A DNA stretch of 64,000 bases. It comes from a virus. Lineage: Duplodnaviria > Heunggongvirae > Uroviricota > Caudoviricetes. Location: IMG/VR virus record IMGVR_UViG_3300045253_000164, positions 26,314 through 90,313 of that record; one strand, given 5' to 3'. The translations under genes and the position numbers were made by a program. Below, piece by piece: positions 62,930 to 64,000 of the stretch. Numbering within the stretch: the first letter of the stretch is position 1; every line of letters starts with the position of its first letter. The notes below the pieces were generated by a model. That model was not told the origin of the DNA, searched no databases, and saw nothing but the letters and a program-made list of their open reading frames with translations.

Positions 62930-63187
62930 TTAATCGGGGGGCACGAGGCGCCAGCCGCGCACCAGTTTCAGCAGGGCGCTGCGGGCGAAGTTGGCCGTGG
63001 TTTCCTCCGCCGCAATGGCGGCATCATCAATGAGCCGTTTCTGATCTGCGTCAACGCGGATCATGAGGAAGGATTCCTTGCGGGGGCGCTTGGCGACAAT
63101 CCGTCGCGCCGGTGGGGGCTGTTGCCTCGCTCGGGCCATCCATATCACCTTTGAGGGCTTTTCTTCGTCACCGCCGTCGCCCACCAC
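62930..63187 (-). CDS. ribbon-helix-helix (CopG/ParD-like) regulator
   Basis: SFLMIRVDADQKRLIDDAAIAAEETTANFARSALLKLV; probable start at MARARQQ (ATG 63139). Confidence 0.5.
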   Translation of the reverse strand: MVGDGGDEEKPSKVIWMARARQQPPPARRIVAKRPRKESFLMIRVDADQKRLIDDAAIAAEETTANFARSALLKLVRGWRLVPPD

Positions 63188-63324
63188 CGTGTCCCCCGTC
63201 TGCGCATTGTGGCTACACCTTGGTGACTGCCTACCTGATGTACATCCGCATACGGACGTGAATCAACCATCCGACCCGCGATTTTGCGGCGCTTTTCGGA
63301 AATGTGAACGACGCGCAATCTTTC

Positions 63325-63354
63325 CGCTTGACATTGTATTGCGTTCCGCATTAG
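63325..63354. promoter_or_regulatory. right arm of the 30-bp inverted repeat (TTGACA-N17-TTAGAA on the plus strand)
   Basis: CGCTTGACATTGTATTGCGTTCCGCATTAG, followed by AAAAGG and a GTG/ATG at 63364. Confidence 0.5.
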
Positions 63355-63396
63355 AAAAGGCGCGTGATGTTCACGGCGCCCACCCACCCACAGCCC

Positions 63397-63609
63397 TCAC
63401 CGCGGCCACCCCGCCAACGGTGCACGCCCGGCCAGCAGCAGATCGAGCGTGTAGATCACGGCGACCATGGCTGTAGCAATCGCGAGAATGCGGACAATCC
63501 AGTCGGTGTCGGCGCGGGCCATGAGCGCGATCATGCGCGTGAACAGGTAACAGCCCACCATCAACCCTATATCGGGGATCATGCGGCTACTCCCGCAGCG
63601 CGTCAGCAT
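63397..63609 (-). CDS. small membrane protein candidate
   Basis: Two hydrophobic helices (IGLMVGCYLFTRMIALMA; IVRILAIATAMVAVIYTLDLLL). It competes with the antisense plus-strand ORF 63364..63774 (low-complexity Pro/Gln-rich); which one is real is uncertain. Confidence 0.3.
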   Translation of the reverse strand: MLTRCGSSRMIPDIGLMVGCYLFTRMIALMARADTDWIVRILAIATAMVAVIYTLDLLLAGRAPLAGWPR

Positions 63610-63761
63610 GTCTCCCCGCCGCTCAGCCCCAGGGGCGCTGCCGGGCGGGACGTTGCAGCTATTTCGGCTGACTTGTCAAGCGACAACACCGACGACGATT
63701 TCGAGCCCGCCGACGATCCACTGTGGCTGGCGGATTTCGACCTGGGAGAATTGGAGGACGC

Positions 63762-64000
63762 ATGGGAAGGATAGTGGAGGTGCGGACGCAGAAAGAGCTA
63801 GACGCCGCGCTCCAGCAATATAACCAAGGCCGCACCGCGCAAATCGTACTCGTCGGCGACGGTCGGTTTGTGCTCACGACGAGCGGGCACCTTTACGTTA
63901 TGGGGTCCTCGCAGCCGCACGTGGTAGCGTGGGGGTCCTCGCAGCCGTACGTCGAAGCGCGGGAGTCCTCGCAGCCGCACGGGGTAGCGTGGGGGTCCTC
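63762..64000 (+). CDS. partial CDS (runs off the window) with decapeptide repeats
   Basis: GGAGGAcgcATG at 63762; open to the window end. MGRIVEVRTQKELDAALQQYNQGRTAQIVLVGDGRFVLTTSGHLYVMGSSQPHVVAWGSSQPYVEARESSQPHGVAWGSS. Confidence 0.4.
   Translation, partial: MGRIVEVRTQKELDAALQQYNQGRTAQIVLVGDGRFVLTTSGHLYVMGSSQPHVVAWGSSQPYVEARESSQPHGVAWGS
63901..64000 (+). repeat. 30-bp tandem direct repeats (>=3.3 copies, continuing beyond the window)
   Basis: tggggtcctcgcagccgcacgtggtagcg / tgggggtcctcgcagccgtacgtcgaagcg / cgggagtcctcgcagccgcacggggtagcg / tgggggtcctc. Confidence 0.7.

Noticed and set aside
63364-63774. 136-aa plus-strand ORF downstream of the right IR arm
   Set aside because: Low-complexity Pro/Gln/His-rich translation. 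The antisense 63397..63609 encodes a plausible two-helix membrane protein. This is left unresolved and reported only as ambiguity.
63901-64000. 30-bp repeats as a CRISPR array
   Set aside because: The repeats are directly tandem with no spacers and lie in frame within an ORF, so this is a coding tandem repeat.
1-64000. Search for tRNA genes, integrase/attachment sites, portal, endolysin/holin
   Set aside because: No T-loop-like GTTCRANYC context in intergenic stretches by eye. No tyrosine/serine recombinase-sized ORF with recognisable motifs. No portal-sized ORF near TerL. These probably lie outside the window, or require profile searches that I cannot run.

Overview
The whole 64-kb window reads as one contiguous stretch of a high-GC tailed-phage (Caudoviricetes) genome or prophage, roughly two-thirds G+C by eye (not computed). 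The 1559-aa tape-measure protein indicates a long-tailed siphovirus type. Nearly all genes are on the minus strand, often with 4-nt ATGA/GTGA start-stop overlaps; the only plus-strand coding is a short block at 46.4-47.5 kb and a partial ORF at the right edge. Reading the minus strand from right to left:
(i) 64-57.7 kb: small early or accessory genes. These include two ribbon-helix-helix (RHH) regulators flanked by a 30-bp inverted repeat, an HNH-RHH fusion, several Cys-rich mini-proteins and a dockerin-repeat protein.
(ii) 57.3-52.9 kb: a replication/recombination module. It holds a Dam-type MTase C-terminal fragment, an HNH endonuclease, a beta-class amino-MTase, an HTH protein, a VRR-NUC nuclease, and a replisome-organizer-like initiator whose linker carries an iteron plus AT-rich, ori-like segment.
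(iii) 52.6-48.3 kb: a SAM MTase, an SPFH lipoprotein, two SDR-type NDP-sugar epimerase/dehydratases interleaved with Cys-rich mini-proteins, and a secreted protein.
(iv) 46.4-47.5 kb: a plus-strand zinc-ribbon gene and an amino-MTase, bracketed by GCT(T/A)TTGTGC operator-like motifs.
(v) 45.7-30.7 kb: a glycan biosynthesis and decoration island of about 15 kb. It contains five paralogous GT-B-like genes, two clear GT2 and one GT-A-like glycosyltransferase, a DegT aminotransferase, a GNAT acetyltransferase, a NodU/CmcH carbamoyltransferase, two TylF-like MTases, a Big_2 Ig-like protein and an FmdB zinc ribbon. I regard this as the most unusual system in the window.
(vi) 28.7-20.3 kb: head genes (maturation, scaffold, decoration-like, major capsid), connector genes, tail tube and chaperones.
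(vii) 20.3-4.1 kb: the tape-measure protein, distal tail proteins (one with a LamG-like domain), a 1966-aa internally repetitive Gly-rich fibre and a second fibre.
(viii) 4.1-0 kb: a TerS-like gene, a ParB-MTase fusion and TerL.
No integrase, portal, lysis cassette, tRNA or CRISPR array was recognised in the window. The long plus-strand ORFs in the supplied track are antisense artefacts of the high GC content.
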